From: a bacterium
Lineage (GTDB): Bacteria > Patescibacteriota > Minisyncoccia > UBA6257 > WO2-44-18
DNA: 64,000 nt
Direction: 5' to 3'
Assembly (NCBI GenBank): GCA_030646995.1
Contig: JAUSKF010000005.1
Location: forward strand, 75,323-139,322
A program made the translations under genes and the position numbers. Numbering within the stretch: position 1 is the first letter of the stretch; every line of letters begins with the position of its first letter. This document shows, piece by piece, positions 37,812-48,229 of this stretch. A model generated the notes under the pieces. The model was not told where the DNA came from and ran no database searches. It saw only the letters and a list, made by a program, of their open reading frames with translations.

Positions 37812-39275
37812 ATGAATAAGTTTTACGTCACAACTTCCATACCCTATGTAAACGGCGCTCCCCACATCGGCAATGTGCTTGATTCGGTTTATGCCGATGT
37901 TTTGGCGCGCTATCATCGCCAACTCGGTGATGATGTCCGATTTTTGACCGGCACCGATGAGCATGGCTCTAAGATAGTGCGCAGCGCGAAGGCGGCCGGG
38001 TTAACTCCGCAGGAATTTGTGGACAAGAACTCTTTTCAGTTTAAAAAGTTGAAAGATGTTTTGAATCTTTCTTGGGATGATTTTATTCGAACCTCTGACC
38101 AGAGCCGTCATTGGTCCGGAGCGCAGAAATTATGGGGCAAGTTGGAAAAAGCGGGGGATCTCTACAAAAAAGCTTATAAAGGCCTTTATTGCATCGGCCA
38201 CGAGGCTTTTATTACCGACAAAGACTTGGTTAACGGTATTTGCCAAGACCATCAAAAGGCGCCGGAGGTGATTGAGGAAGAAAATTATTTTTTCAAACTT
38301 TCTAAATACACCAAAGAAATTGAAAAGCAAATAAATTTGGGAACGTTCAAGGTTGTCCCGGAATCGCGAAGGAATGAGATTTTGTCGTTGTTGTCTCAAG
38401 GTTTGGAGGATGTGAGCTTTTCTCGCCCTGCTAAGGATTTATCTTGGGGCGTGCCGGTTCCCGGAGATTCTACCCAAACTATGTACGTTTGGGCTGACGC
38501 TTTAGTGAATTACATTTCCGCTCTTGGATATGGGAGCTCCGACGAGAAAATCTTCGAGAAATATTGGCCGGCAGATGTGCAGGTCATCGGGAAGGACAAT
38601 CTTCGCTTTCACGCCGCTATCTGGCCGGGAATGTTGCTTTCCGCGGGCTTGCCTCTGCCACAAACAATTTTTGTGCATGGATTTTTGAATGTAAACGGAC
38701 AAAAAATTTCTAAGACCGTGGGCAATGTAATTGATCCGGCGGAGTTGGTGGCGAAATATGGCACTGATCCTGTGCGTTTCTATCTTTTGCGGGAAGTCGC
38801 TCCATTTGATGATGGAGATTTTAGCTATGAAAAATTTGAAGAAGTTTATAACGCCAACTTAGCCAACGGATTGGGTAATTTTTCCGCCCGGGTACTGGCT
38901 CTTGGAGAAAAAGCGGGTGAGTTGGCTGGGGACGTGAATGATCCGAAAGTTAAAGAGATATTAGCGAAATCTGCAGAAGTGCGCGCGGCTGTAGCCGGGA
39001 AAGTTTCGGATTTTAAGTTTCACGAAGCGTTGGCGGCGATCTGGGGGTTTATCAGTTACGGCGATGTTTATGTAAACAATGAAAAGCCCTGGGAGGCCGG
39101 AAAAGAAAAAGTAATCACTCACGCCCTACTTATATTGGAGCAGGTCGCTGATCTTTTGAAACCATTTCTTCCGGAGACCGCTAAAAAAATATTGGATTGC
39201 ATAGAGGTTACCGGTATCGGCACCCTTAAAGCCAAAAAGTGTCCGCCCCTGTTCCCACGAATTGAGCATGCCTAA
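37812..39275 (+). CDS. metG: methionyl-tRNA synthetase (short form)
   Basis: PYVNGAPHIGN (HIGH), KISKT (KMSKS) and an anticodon-binding domain. Confidence 0.92.
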   Translation: MNKFYVTTSIPYVNGAPHIGNVLDSVYADVLARYHRQLGDDVRFLTGTDEHGSKIVRSAKAAGLTPQEFVDKNSFQFKKLKDVLNLSWDDFIRTSDQSRHWSGAQKLWGKLEKAGDLYKKAYKGLYCIGHEAFITDKDLVNGICQDHQKAPEVIEEENYFFKLSKYTKEIEKQINLGTFKVVPESRRNEILSLLSQGLEDVSFSRPAKDLSWGVPVPGDSTQTMYVWADALVNYISALGYGSSDEKIFEKYWPADVQVIGKDNLRFHAAIWPGMLLSAGLPLPQTIFVHGFLNVNGQKISKTVGNVIDPAELVAKYGTDPVRFYLLREVAPFDDGDFSYEKFEEVYNANLANGLGNFSARVLALGEKAGELAGDVNDPKVKEILAKSAEVRAAVAGKVSDFKFHEALAAIWGFISYGDVYVNNEKPWEAGKEKVITHALLILEQVADLLKPFLPETAKKILDCIEVTGIGTLKAKKCPPLFPRIEHA

Positions 39276-40113
39276 GTTATTTGATAGCCATACTCATATA
39301 CACTTTCCTATTTATGATCATGATCGGGAGGAGGTAATTAAGCGTGCCAGAGAAGCGGGAGTGAAGATGCTTTGTGTTGGCACGCAGGCCGCTTCGTCGC
39401 AGGCGGGCGTGGATTTGGCAAAAAAATATCCCGGCGAAATTTGGGCCGCGGCGGGTTTTCATCCGAATCATTTTGCCAGCGCTTGGTATCACGACAAGAA
39501 AGAGCAGGCAGAATCCGAAAGAGAGAAGTTTGACGCGTCAAACTTATTAAAAATCGCCCAGCAGCCAGAGGTGGTGGCAATCGGGGAGTGTGGGTTGGAT
39601 TACTACAGATTACCGAACGACAAACAAGAAACAACTAACGACAAAAATACTCAACGCGACGCGTTTATCGCGCAGATTAAGATAGCCGAGCAGGTTGGGA
39701 AGCCGCTGATGATGCACATTCGTCCCTCACGAGGAACCGATGACGCCTATTTAGATGCTTTGGATATTTTGAAATCCGAAAAGTTTTCCGGTGGGAAGAT
39801 TAGTCATTTTTTCGTGGGCTCGTTGGAGGCCGCAAAGAAAATGGCAGAGGCAGGATTCAGTTTTACTTTCGGCGGAGTGATCACTTTTGCCCGAAATTAT
39901 GATGAAGTAATAAAATATTTGCCGATAGAGAATATCTTACTGGAAACTGACGCGCCGTATGTTGCTCCAATGCCGTACCGCGGAAAAAGAAACGAACCAG
40001 CATATATTTCGGCGACTGCGGCGAAAATCGCCGAGCTAAAAGGACTTTCAGTGGAGGAGGTAGCCGAGAAAACTTTCGCCAACGCATTGCGTATTTTCAA
40101 AATTACTTTATAA
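39262..40113 (+). CDS. tatD: TatD family metal-dependent hydrolase/DNase
   Basis: DSHTHIHF N-terminus and conserved His/Glu/Asp blocks. Classic metG-tatD adjacency. Confidence 0.88.
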   Translation: MSMPKLFDSHTHIHFPIYDHDREEVIKRAREAGVKMLCVGTQAASSQAGVDLAKKYPGEIWAAAGFHPNHFASAWYHDKKEQAESEREKFDASNLLKIAQQPEVVAIGECGLDYYRLPNDKQETTNDKNTQRDAFIAQIKIAEQVGKPLMMHIRPSRGTDDAYLDALDILKSEKFSGGKISHFFVGSLEAAKKMAEAGFSFTFGGVITFARNYDEVIKYLPIENILLETDAPYVAPMPYRGKRNEPAYISATAAKIAELKGLSVEEVAEKTFANALRIFKITL

Positions 40114-40150
40114 TTTCTCCTTAGTTGTTCATAAGAATGGAGGCGCTCTG

Positions 40151-40489
40151 ATGGTGAATTTTCCGAACACGAAGAAAGTTTTGAAATGTCTGTCAAATCT
40201 CACTGAGCGCGAAGAGATTATCTGGTCTCGTGACAAGTCGGGAGAATGTTGCAGCGTGGCATACCTACGTTGGAAATTCGAACTGATTTGGTCCCGCGGT
40301 CAGTTAGAATTTCTGATGGATGGAGTAAAGATGGAAAACTGTGTTGCGGAAGTGAAATCTCTCCAGGAGGGCATTGAGGAGCAGGAACAGAGGCGCAAGC
40401 CGGATATCTCTCACAAGCAGGAAAGTACTGCCGCCTCTTTCCTGCGAGACCTCTCTCGTCACAACAAGCCAGTACAGGCAAAAAAGTAA
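40151..40489 (+). CDS. hypothetical protein
   Basis: 112-aa ORF with no recognisable motifs. Confidence 0.35.
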   Translation: MVNFPNTKKVLKCLSNLTEREEIIWSRDKSGECCSVAYLRWKFELIWSRGQLEFLMDGVKMENCVAEVKSLQEGIEEQEQRRKPDISHKQESTAASFLRDLSRHNKPVQAKK

Positions 40490-40571
40490 GCTGCGTTTAT
40501 CGCGGCTTTTTTATTGGACAATTCAGTCAAAATTTGGTTAAATTTGCCTAGTTTTTTGAAAGGGAAGAAAC

Positions 40572-42218
40572 GTGGCGATAACTCTGAACGACCTCTGGCG
40601 TGAAACGGTGGATCGTTTCCCCGACCATGACTATTTGAGTCTTTTTGGTCGAACGGTTACTTACACTAAGGTGGATAGGGAAAGTAGAAAGTTTGCCAAT
40701 TTTCTCCGTTGTCAGGGTTTGAGGCCTGGCGACCGAGTAATGTTGTTGATGCCGAATTGCCCGCAAATGGCGATTGCTTGCTGGGGAATTTGGAGGGCGG
40801 GTTGTGTAATGACGGCTCTGAATCCTTTGCTTACTTCGTCTGAGTTGGTGGAGATGGCTAGATTGGTCGAACCGAGTCTTTTTGTGACGCTGAAGGATCT
40901 GGACGCGCACAACCGGGCACTTGTACCCAATTTGCCTTCCGACTGCGCAACGATGATGGTAGGCCTTGAGGCTTATTTGCCGCCCATAATGTCTGTGCTT
41001 TACAGGCTAAAAACTTTAGTTACGAAGCGTAATCCATCGTATCAATTCACTTGGAGTTCTATCCGGGATTCGGAATGCTCGAGCTATACCTTTGAAGACC
41101 TGCCCAAGCCGGATGATCTGGCAGTCCTGCAGTTCACCGGCGGCACTACCGGAAGCGTGAAGGCGGCTATGCTGACTCATGCCAATCTGGTGGCCAATAC
41201 CGAGCAGGCGATGGATCTGGTCGGAAAAGTTATCGACGAGAATTCCGTCATTTTCAGCGCCATCCCATGTTTCCATGTCTACGGACTATCCGTTTGCTTA
41301 GTACTGGCCGCTTCTCGGGGGGCTAAAGTGGTGATGGTCCCGAAGTTCATGGATAGGAATAAAGTTATGAAAGATGGAAAAGAAGTTACTATCGCCACGA
41401 TCAACAAAGAAGTCTTTCGGATCTTTAAGGAGGACTGCATCACTTTGCTTCCCGGAATTCCGAATATTTTTGCGGCTTTGATTGACGATAAAAGATTTCG
41501 GGATTTGGATATCGAGCACATGCGCCTTTGTGTGTCTGGGTCTGGCGCTTTGAATCAGGAAGTTAAGAGGAATTTTCAGGCCTGGGCCGGGTGCGAAATC
41601 ATCGAAGGCTACGGACTTTCCGAAACTTCTCCGATTGTTTCTATCAATCCCCCCGGCCGCGCATTGCCGGGCAGTTTGGGAATTCCGGTTCGTGATACCG
41701 AGATTCGAATTGTTCCCGAGCCGGATGCCAAACTAGAAGACGGCGGCGAACTCTGGGTACGCGGTCCGCAGGTGATGAAGGGGTATTGGGAAAATGAAGA
41801 GGCGACCAAGGACGTGCTTACTCCCGACGGTTGGCTCAAAACCGGAGATATGGTGATTCAAGTTGGTGAACATCTTGTGATGACCGACCGGAAGAAAGAC
41901 ATGATTAAGGTTAGCGGTGAGAATGTTTATCCCAGCGAGATTGAAAAAATTTTGCTGGAGAAGTTGGGAGTTGCCGAGGCTTATGTGGTGGGCGTTCCTG
42001 ACGACAAAAGCGGTGAGCGAGTGGTTGCCTGTCTTGTTCCGCAAGACGGCACTCGCAATTTTTCTCTCGAAGAGGTCCGAGCGGCCTGCGGCGGTCTAAG
42101 TAAAATAAAAATCCCCAAGGAAGTGTGGAATTTTTCTAAGGACCAAATTCCGCGAACTTATTTGGGCAAGGTTCAGAAGAAAGAATTAAGGAAGATGCTG
42201 ACAAAAACCCCATCGTAA
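40572..42218 (+). CDS. AMP-dependent synthetase/ligase (acyl-CoA synthetase-like)
   Basis: AMP-binding motif LQFTGGTTGSVKAAMLTHANL, a GYGLSET motif and a C-terminal lid domain. GTG start. Confidence 0.8.
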   Translation: MAITLNDLWRETVDRFPDHDYLSLFGRTVTYTKVDRESRKFANFLRCQGLRPGDRVMLLMPNCPQMAIACWGIWRAGCVMTALNPLLTSSELVEMARLVEPSLFVTLKDLDAHNRALVPNLPSDCATMMVGLEAYLPPIMSVLYRLKTLVTKRNPSYQFTWSSIRDSECSSYTFEDLPKPDDLAVLQFTGGTTGSVKAAMLTHANLVANTEQAMDLVGKVIDENSVIFSAIPCFHVYGLSVCLVLAASRGAKVVMVPKFMDRNKVMKDGKEVTIATINKEVFRIFKEDCITLLPGIPNIFAALIDDKRFRDLDIEHMRLCVSGSGALNQEVKRNFQAWAGCEIIEGYGLSETSPIVSINPPGRALPGSLGIPVRDTEIRIVPEPDAKLEDGGELWVRGPQVMKGYWENEEATKDVLTPDGWLKTGDMVIQVGEHLVMTDRKKDMIKVSGENVYPSEIEKILLEKLGVAEAYVVGVPDDKSGERVVACLVPQDGTRNFSLEEVRAACGGLSKIKIPKEVWNFSKDQIPRTYLGKVQKKELRKMLTKTPS

Positions 42219-42261
42219 GATGGGGTTTTTTTATTGCTCGGAAAAAGTTAAAATTATCTCG

Positions 42262-44580
42262 ATGAAGTACGACTTCAAGAAAATAGAAAAGAAGTGGCAA
42301 AAGGAATGGGCCAAGGGAAAATATAAAGTTTGGCATTCTGAAGATAAGTCCAAAAAACCGAAAGCTTATGTTTTGGATATGTTTCCTTATCCATCAGGAG
42401 AGGGCCTGCACGTCGGCCACGTGGAAGGCTACACCGCTTCCGATATCTATAGCCGATTTTTGCGGATGAGCGGCTATAACGTTCTCCACCCGATGGGCTG
42501 GGACGCTTTTGGTTTACCGGCGGAAAATTATGCTATAAAAAAGAAAATTCATCCGAGTATTGTGGTGAAAAATAACGTAAAGAATTTTACTCGCCAGTTG
42601 AATAGCTTAGGCTTCAGCTATGATTGGCAACGTGAAATTAATACTACCGACCCCGATTATTATAAATGGACGCAGTGGATTTTTCTTCAGCTTTTCAAAA
42701 AAGGACTGGCCTACGAGGCGGAGATTCCGGTTAATTGGTGTCCGAATGATAAAACCGTTCTGGCCAATGAAGAGGTGATTGATGGCGGCTGCGAGCGCTG
42801 CGGAGCGAATGTGGAGCGCAAGAAGCTGAAGCAGTGGGTTTTGAAGATTACTGCCTACGCCGACCGCCTGCTTGCCGACTTAGATGGGCTAGACTGGCCC
42901 GGGCGAGTAAAAGAGATGCAAAGAAATTGGATTGGCCGCTCGGAGGGGGCGCTGATTAAGTTTCCGGTGGTTTGTAACCGGCCTTATTCCGGCGCGCTGG
43001 AAATTTTCACTACTCGGCCCGACACCATTGCCGGAGTGGCTTATATGGTGGTTGCTCCGGAGCATCCGTTAATCTCGGAATTAGGTGAGCACATCGAAAA
43101 TCTAACCGAAGTTAAAAAGTATATTGAGAAGGCGAAGAATAAAAGCGACAGAGAGCGTCAGGAAAATAAAGAGAAGACGGGTGTTGCATTGAAGGGGGTG
43201 CGGGCAGTCAACCCCTGGAGCAAAAAAGAAGTACCGATTTGGGTTTCAGACTATGTGCTGATGAATTACGGCACAGGAGCGATTATGGCCGTTCCTCAAC
43301 ACGACGAGCGTGATCGTGAATTTGCCGTAAAATTCCAACTGCCGATTTTTGATGAGCCTCTAATTTCTAAAGATGAAGTAGTTGCCAAGGTTGGAGGTCA
43401 GAAAAAAATTAACTATAAGCTTCGTGATTGGATATTTTCCCGCCAGCGTTATTGGGGTGAGCCTATCCCGATAATCAAGTGCGCGACTTGCGGCAACGTC
43501 GCAGTGCCGGAAGATGAGTTGCCGGTAGTTTTGCCTAAGGTGAAAAATTACGAGCCAACAGGTGAGGCCGAATCTCCTTTGGCGGGCATTGAAAAGTGGG
43601 TCAAGGTAAAATGCCCACAATGCGAAGGGCCGGCGAAGAGAGAGACGAATACAATGCCCCAATGGGCCGGCTCCTGCTGGTACTACATCGGCTATTTAAT
43701 AGCCGAAAATCTCAAATCCCAAACTCTAATTTCTAAACAAATTCAAAATTCTAAATTTCAAAATGAGATCAAACATTGGCTTCCAGTGGATTTGTATCTT
43801 GGCGGAGTAGAGCATGCCGTACTCCATCTCTTGTATGCTCGTTTTTGGCACAAAGTTTTGTTTGATATCGGCGCGGTCTCTACTAAAGAGCCATTTATGA
43901 AGCTGGTCAATCAGGGTTTGATCTTGGGTCCGGATGGTTTAAAGATGTCTAAATCTAAGGGGAATGTGGTTAATCCCGATGAAATAGTGGCAGGTTTCGG
44001 GGCTGATTCGTTGCGCTTATATGAAATGTTTATGGGCCCATTGGAAGATGCCAAGCCTTGGGACCCGCGAGGGATTGTTGGTCTGCACCGCTTCTTACAG
44101 AGAGTGAATTCTTTGCCAATTATCAAGGGAGCTAGCAGCGCTGAATTAGAGCGATTACTCCATCAGACAACTAAAAAAGTGTCCGAAGACATTAAGGTCT
44201 TTCACTTCAACACCGCCATCAGCGCTCTGATGGTCTTGAGTAATAAAATGGAATCACTGCTTCCGGAATTTGTGAAATTACTGGCCCCATTTGCGCCACA
44301 TCTTGCGCAGGAGCTTTGGCAGAGACTGGGAAATAAAACTTTACTTGATAATGAAACTTGGCCGAAGTGGGACTCGAAATTAATTCAGGAAGATAATTTT
44401 GAATTGATTGTTCAGGTAAATGGCAAGATGCGCGATAAATTTTCTACAGCTAAGGGTATTTCTCAATCGGAAGCCGAGGGTTTAGCTTTAGCCCGTGATG
44501 GCGTGAAGAAGTGGATAGCTGGAGGTCAGCCGAAGAAAGTTATTTTCGTGAAAGATCGCTTGATAAATTTTCTCGTTTAA
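42262..44580 (+). CDS. leuS: leucyl-tRNA synthetase
   Basis: PYPSGEGLHVGHVEGY (HIGH region), KMSKS and a CP1 editing domain. Contains a low-complexity heptamer-like insert at 43707-43765. Confidence 0.92.
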   Translation: MKYDFKKIEKKWQKEWAKGKYKVWHSEDKSKKPKAYVLDMFPYPSGEGLHVGHVEGYTASDIYSRFLRMSGYNVLHPMGWDAFGLPAENYAIKKKIHPSIVVKNNVKNFTRQLNSLGFSYDWQREINTTDPDYYKWTQWIFLQLFKKGLAYEAEIPVNWCPNDKTVLANEEVIDGGCERCGANVERKKLKQWVLKITAYADRLLADLDGLDWPGRVKEMQRNWIGRSEGALIKFPVVCNRPYSGALEIFTTRPDTIAGVAYMVVAPEHPLISELGEHIENLTEVKKYIEKAKNKSDRERQENKEKTGVALKGVRAVNPWSKKEVPIWVSDYVLMNYGTGAIMAVPQHDERDREFAVKFQLPIFDEPLISKDEVVAKVGGQKKINYKLRDWIFSRQRYWGEPIPIIKCATCGNVAVPEDELPVVLPKVKNYEPTGEAESPLAGIEKWVKVKCPQCEGPAKRETNTMPQWAGSCWYYIGYLIAENLKSQTLISKQIQNSKFQNEIKHWLPVDLYLGGVEHAVLHLLYARFWHKVLFDIGAVSTKEPFMKLVNQGLILGPDGLKMSKSKGNVVNPDEIVAGFGADSLRLYEMFMGPLEDAKPWDPRGIVGLHRFLQRVNSLPIIKGASSAELERLLHQTTKKVSEDIKVFHFNTAISALMVLSNKMESLLPEFVKLLAPFAPHLAQELWQRLGNKTLLDNETWPKWDSKLIQEDNFELIVQVNGKMRDKFSTAKGISQSEAEGLALARDGVKKWIAGGQPKKVIFVKDRLINFLV

Positions 44581-44668
44581 GTTATATTATCGGCAGTTCG
44601 TTGTGGGCTTGATTAATCCATTGCGGGTTAATCGCCCGTCAGAATAGTCTTTTCCAGGAGAAGTGTTC

Positions 44669-44947
44669 ATGCATAGAAGTGAAATTGCCAAGAGAGAAGA
44701 GGAGATGAAGGCTTTTGAACCCGATGCAAAGGATGACGTCCTGCGTTATTTGAGAATGCACCCAGAAGATGTGTTTATGATCTCGGATTTGAGAGCAGCT
44801 CTTTATCCCGACTGGGCAGAGCTGGAAGCAGATAACCGCGAGCCCAAATTCATGGCGCTGCTTAATGTTCTTGACGATCTCGTGAATGCCGGCATCGTGG
44901 AGAGGATTCGTGACTGCGCATACAACACTTACTACGGCCTCCATTAA
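44669..44947 (+). CDS. hypothetical small protein
   Basis: ORF with the RBS AGGAGAAG 8 nt upstream of the ATG. Confidence 0.4.
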   Translation: MHRSEIAKREEEMKAFEPDAKDDVLRYLRMHPEDVFMISDLRAALYPDWAELEADNREPKFMALLNVLDDLVNAGIVERIRDCAYNTYYGLH

Positions 44948-45014
44948 AAATTATTCAGGCGCCTAAATGGCGCCTTTTTCTTTAGTCTCTAAGGCGGTAA
45001 GATTAATAGACATT

Positions 45015-46838
45015 ATGTGCGGAATAGCGGGCTACATAGGGAAAAAGGAGGGACTGCCGATTGTTTTCGGCAATCTCAAAAAAATGGAGTATCGGGGCTA
45101 CGACTCTGCGGGCGTAGCCTTTTTCGTTAATCGTAAAGGAAATTTTGATATTGAAGTAATTAAGCGTCCCGGAAAGATAAATATTTTAGAAAAGGATTTG
45201 CTAGGCGAGCGATCTTTGCCGGCAACTGCCGCTATCGCGCATAGCCGTTGGGCGACGCACGGTGTTCCTAATGAAGCGAATGCTCATCCTCACTCCGACT
45301 GCAAAAAAGAAATATTTTTAATTCACAACGGTATTATTGAAAACTATTCCGAATTGAAGGCGGTACTTATGAAAAAGGGGCATCACTTTCATTCCCAGAC
45401 TGACACTGAAGTATTCCCGCATTTGATTGAAGAAGAATTGAAGTTGGAGAAAAGTTTTGAGGCAGCTTTTGAAAAAAGCTTGAAAAAAATTGTGGGCGCT
45501 TACGCATTTGCTGCAATTTATAAAAACGAGCCTTCTAAGTTGTTCATTGCCCGACTGGGCAGCCCATTGGTGGTGGGGGTGGGAAAGGGAGAGTATTTTG
45601 TGGCTTCTGATCCGACCGCGCTAGCGGGGTTAGTAAAAAAAGTTATTTATCTGAAAGACGGTCAGCGTGGAGTACTCTCGCTTGCCGGAATCAAGATCGG
45701 GCCGGCTCGGCCGAAGATAGAGAGATTGGAGATGAATATTGAACAAGCCCAGAAAGGCAGCTTCCCGCATTTTATGATGAAGGAAATATTCGAAGGCCCG
45801 GAAGTATTGCAATCGGCATTGCGTGGCCGGCTGTCGGCGAGTCGGGGGCTTGTGAAGTTGGGTGGTCTAGGGAGTGTCGCTAAAAAATTAAAGAAAATTA
45901 AAAAAATAGATATTATTTCCTGCGGCACCTCCTATTATTCGGGAATGGTGGGAGAGTATCTTTTTGAAGAACTGGCAGATTTGTCGGCGGAAGTTTTACT
46001 GGCTTCCGAATATCGCTATCGCAAACACCCGATTAATAAAAGCTCCGCCGCTCTGTTTATTTCTCAATCAGGAGAAACGGCAGATACTTTGGCCGCCTTA
46101 AAGAAGGCCAATGGCCACAACTTAATGACCCTGGGAATCGTGAATGTGGTGGGCTCCAGCATTGCCCGTGATACGGTAGCCGGAGTTTATAATCACGCTG
46201 GGCCGGAGATTGGAGTGGCCTCCACCAAGGCCTTTTTATCTCAACTAGGCGTACTGACTCTGATGGCACTCTATTTATCGGGGAAGCGAAGTGGTTTGAA
46301 TAAAGAAGTAATGAAGGAGCTTTCGGTTTTAGCCGGGAAGATGAAGGAAGTTTTGAAGCAAAGTGAAAAAATAAAAGAATTGGCGAAAAAATATCTTAAA
46401 TACAATAATTTTCTTTATTTGGGTCGCGGACACAACTATCCGGCGGCTTTGGAAGGAGCCCTGAAGATTAAAGAGATTGCTTATGTCCACGCCGAGGGTT
46501 ACGCCGGCGGAGAGATGAAGCACGGACCGATTGCTTTGATCGATAAAAACTTTCCGACCATCGCTCTAGTGACCGAGAATCGGGTTTACGAAAAAATGAT
46601 TTCTAACCTGCAGGAAATAAAAGCCCGTTCCGGACCGATTCTTGCCATAGCAACCGTGGGTGATAAAAAGATTGGCAAAATAGCTGATGACGTAATTTAT
46701 GTTCCACGCACTGCGGAGCAGCTGGAGCCAATGCTAAATATCGTTCCGCTCCAGCTTTTTGCCTATCATTTTGGTGTATTGCGGGGGCATGACGTGGATA
46801 AACCTAGGAATCTTGCGAAAAGCGTGACTGTTGAGTAA
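45015..46838 (+). CDS. glmS: glutamine--fructose-6-phosphate aminotransferase
   Basis: MCGIAGYIG N-terminal nucleophile Cys, a GATase-2 domain and two SIS domains. Confidence 0.93.
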   Translation: MCGIAGYIGKKEGLPIVFGNLKKMEYRGYDSAGVAFFVNRKGNFDIEVIKRPGKINILEKDLLGERSLPATAAIAHSRWATHGVPNEANAHPHSDCKKEIFLIHNGIIENYSELKAVLMKKGHHFHSQTDTEVFPHLIEEELKLEKSFEAAFEKSLKKIVGAYAFAAIYKNEPSKLFIARLGSPLVVGVGKGEYFVASDPTALAGLVKKVIYLKDGQRGVLSLAGIKIGPARPKIERLEMNIEQAQKGSFPHFMMKEIFEGPEVLQSALRGRLSASRGLVKLGGLGSVAKKLKKIKKIDIISCGTSYYSGMVGEYLFEELADLSAEVLLASEYRYRKHPINKSSAALFISQSGETADTLAALKKANGHNLMTLGIVNVVGSSIARDTVAGVYNHAGPEIGVASTKAFLSQLGVLTLMALYLSGKRSGLNKEVMKELSVLAGKMKEVLKQSEKIKELAKKYLKYNNFLYLGRGHNYPAALEGALKIKEIAYVHAEGYAGGEMKHGPIALIDKNFPTIALVTENRVYEKMISNLQEIKARSGPILAIATVGDKKIGKIADDVIYVPRTAEQLEPMLNIVPLQLFAYHFGVLRGHDVDKPRNLAKSVTVE

Positions 46839-46950
46839 TCGCGAATAATGCCAATTTTAAACTTTAATATTGCGAATAAAAACGTGGAGCAGATGTAGGC
46901 GGACAAATTTGCATTATTTGCCAAAATTCGTATTATTAGCGAACACTTTA
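46839..46950. repeat. MITE-like AATAATGCGAAT element (copy 2)
   Basis: Begins AGTAATCGCGAATAATGCCAATTTT. Ends AATTCGTATTATTAGCGAAC, an inverted copy of the first terminus. Confidence 0.55.
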
Positions 46951-47097
46951 TGAAGTACCTATTTCCTATAATTTTCCTTACCTCGGCGGTATTTTTTGCT
47001 TTCGCAGCCGTAAAATACGGTCCATCTGCGGTAGAAACAACCACCAGAGTGAGCGCCAAAGCGGTTACCTCTAAGCCGGTAGCCAGCTTTATAAATT

Positions 47098-48138
47098 TTA
47101 TTTTCTCTCGGTAAGCTTCACCGCTACAGCAAAGGATTTTTTGCCCCGTAACACTTTTAGATTCATCACTCCGCCCACCTCCTTCTCTTCGAGGATGTCT
47201 TGAATGGTGCGGTCTGTAGTAATTTTTATTCCGTCGCATTCGAGTACGATATCTTTTTCTTTCAAGCCAGCCTTGTGAGCTGGGCTACCCGGTATAATCG
47301 CTTGTGTGTGTGGCTCTTGGCCAACTACCATTGCTCCGTAGTCAACGGCCAACTTCATTCGGGATTTCATATTTTCGTCTACGTTTATATAACGTAAACC
47401 AAGCAGCGGGCGCTTGATGTGGCCGAATTTTTTCAAATCAGCCAAATCCCGCTCCGCGTATTTTATCGGTATGGCGAAGCCGAGGCTTTGGGCTCCAAAC
47501 ACAATCGCGGAATTGATGCCGATAGCTTCTCCGCTCATATTCACCAGCGGCCCGCCGGAATTGCCTGGATTGATGGCGGCATCGGTTTGGATAAGTCCTC
47601 GAAGCTCTTGTGGGGCGACCATGGGGGCGGTGGCGGCGCGAATCGAGCGAGCAAGGCCGGAAATAATCCCGCTAGAGACTGTATTTTTAAACATTCCCAA
47701 AGCGTTGCCGATAGCGAGTACGCTTTCACCCAAGTCCAAATTTGAAGAATTGCCGAGTTTTACTATTGGTAAGTTTTTGGCACTGATTTTCAGAATTGCT
47801 ATATCATCCACCGGATCGCGGGAGAGTACCTCGGCCTTATATTTTTTGTTATCGTCGGCGATTATTGTGTATTCCGCCTTCGGGTCAGCTACCACGTGTT
47901 TATTGGTTAGGATTATTCCTTCCGGGCTGACAATAAAACCGGATCCACCACCTATTTTCACCATTCCACGGGAATCTATCTCTTCAGGCGGAATGTTTAA
48001 GTGAGGATGACCATACGGCATAAACGGAAGTACTTCCGGAGGAATTTCTTTCTCCAAATCCTCCAAACTTTTGGAAATTACAATTGATACGACCGCGGGC
48101 ATTACTTTTTTAATCGTTTCTACAATTTGAGATTTCAT
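47098..48138 (-). CDS. htrA: HtrA/DegP-family serine protease with PDZ domain
   Basis: Trypsin-like catalytic domain (GNSGGPL) and a C-terminal PDZ domain. Confidence 0.9.
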   Translation of the reverse strand: MKSQIVETIKKVMPAVVSIVISKSLEDLEKEIPPEVLPFMPYGHPHLNIPPEEIDSRGMVKIGGGSGFIVSPEGIILTNKHVVADPKAEYTIIADDNKKYKAEVLSRDPVDDIAILKISAKNLPIVKLGNSSNLDLGESVLAIGNALGMFKNTVSSGIISGLARSIRAATAPMVAPQELRGLIQTDAAINPGNSGGPLVNMSGEAIGINSAIVFGAQSLGFAIPIKYAERDLADLKKFGHIKRPLLGLRYINVDENMKSRMKLAVDYGAMVVGQEPHTQAIIPGSPAHKAGLKEKDIVLECDGIKITTDRTIQDILEEKEVGGVMNLKVLRGKKSFAVAVKLTERK

Positions 48139-48148
48139 TGGTTAATTA

Positions 48149-48222
48149 TACCATTCCATTTAATTTCTATAAGTCTGGTACGTGTACCATTCTATTTTAT
48201 TTATATAAGTCTGGTACTCGTA
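48149..48222. promoter_or_regulatory. tandem 36-bp repeat in htrA upstream region
   Basis: Two copies of TACCATTC(C/T)ATTT..ATTT(C/A)TATAAGTCTGGTAC. Each has GTACCA...TGGTAC inverted ends. Confidence 0.5.
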
Positions 48223-48229
48223 ACAAAAA

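Noticed and set aside
46766-47239. 157-aa minus-strand ORF spanning the glmS end, MITE copy 2 and the htrA end
   Set aside because: It runs across a repeat element and overlaps two real genes. His/Arg-rich junk translation.
47414-48004. 196-aa plus-strand ORF and other antisense ORFs inside htrA
   Set aside because: Fully contained antisense to a well-supported HtrA gene, with low-complexity composition. This is typical shadow-ORF behaviour.
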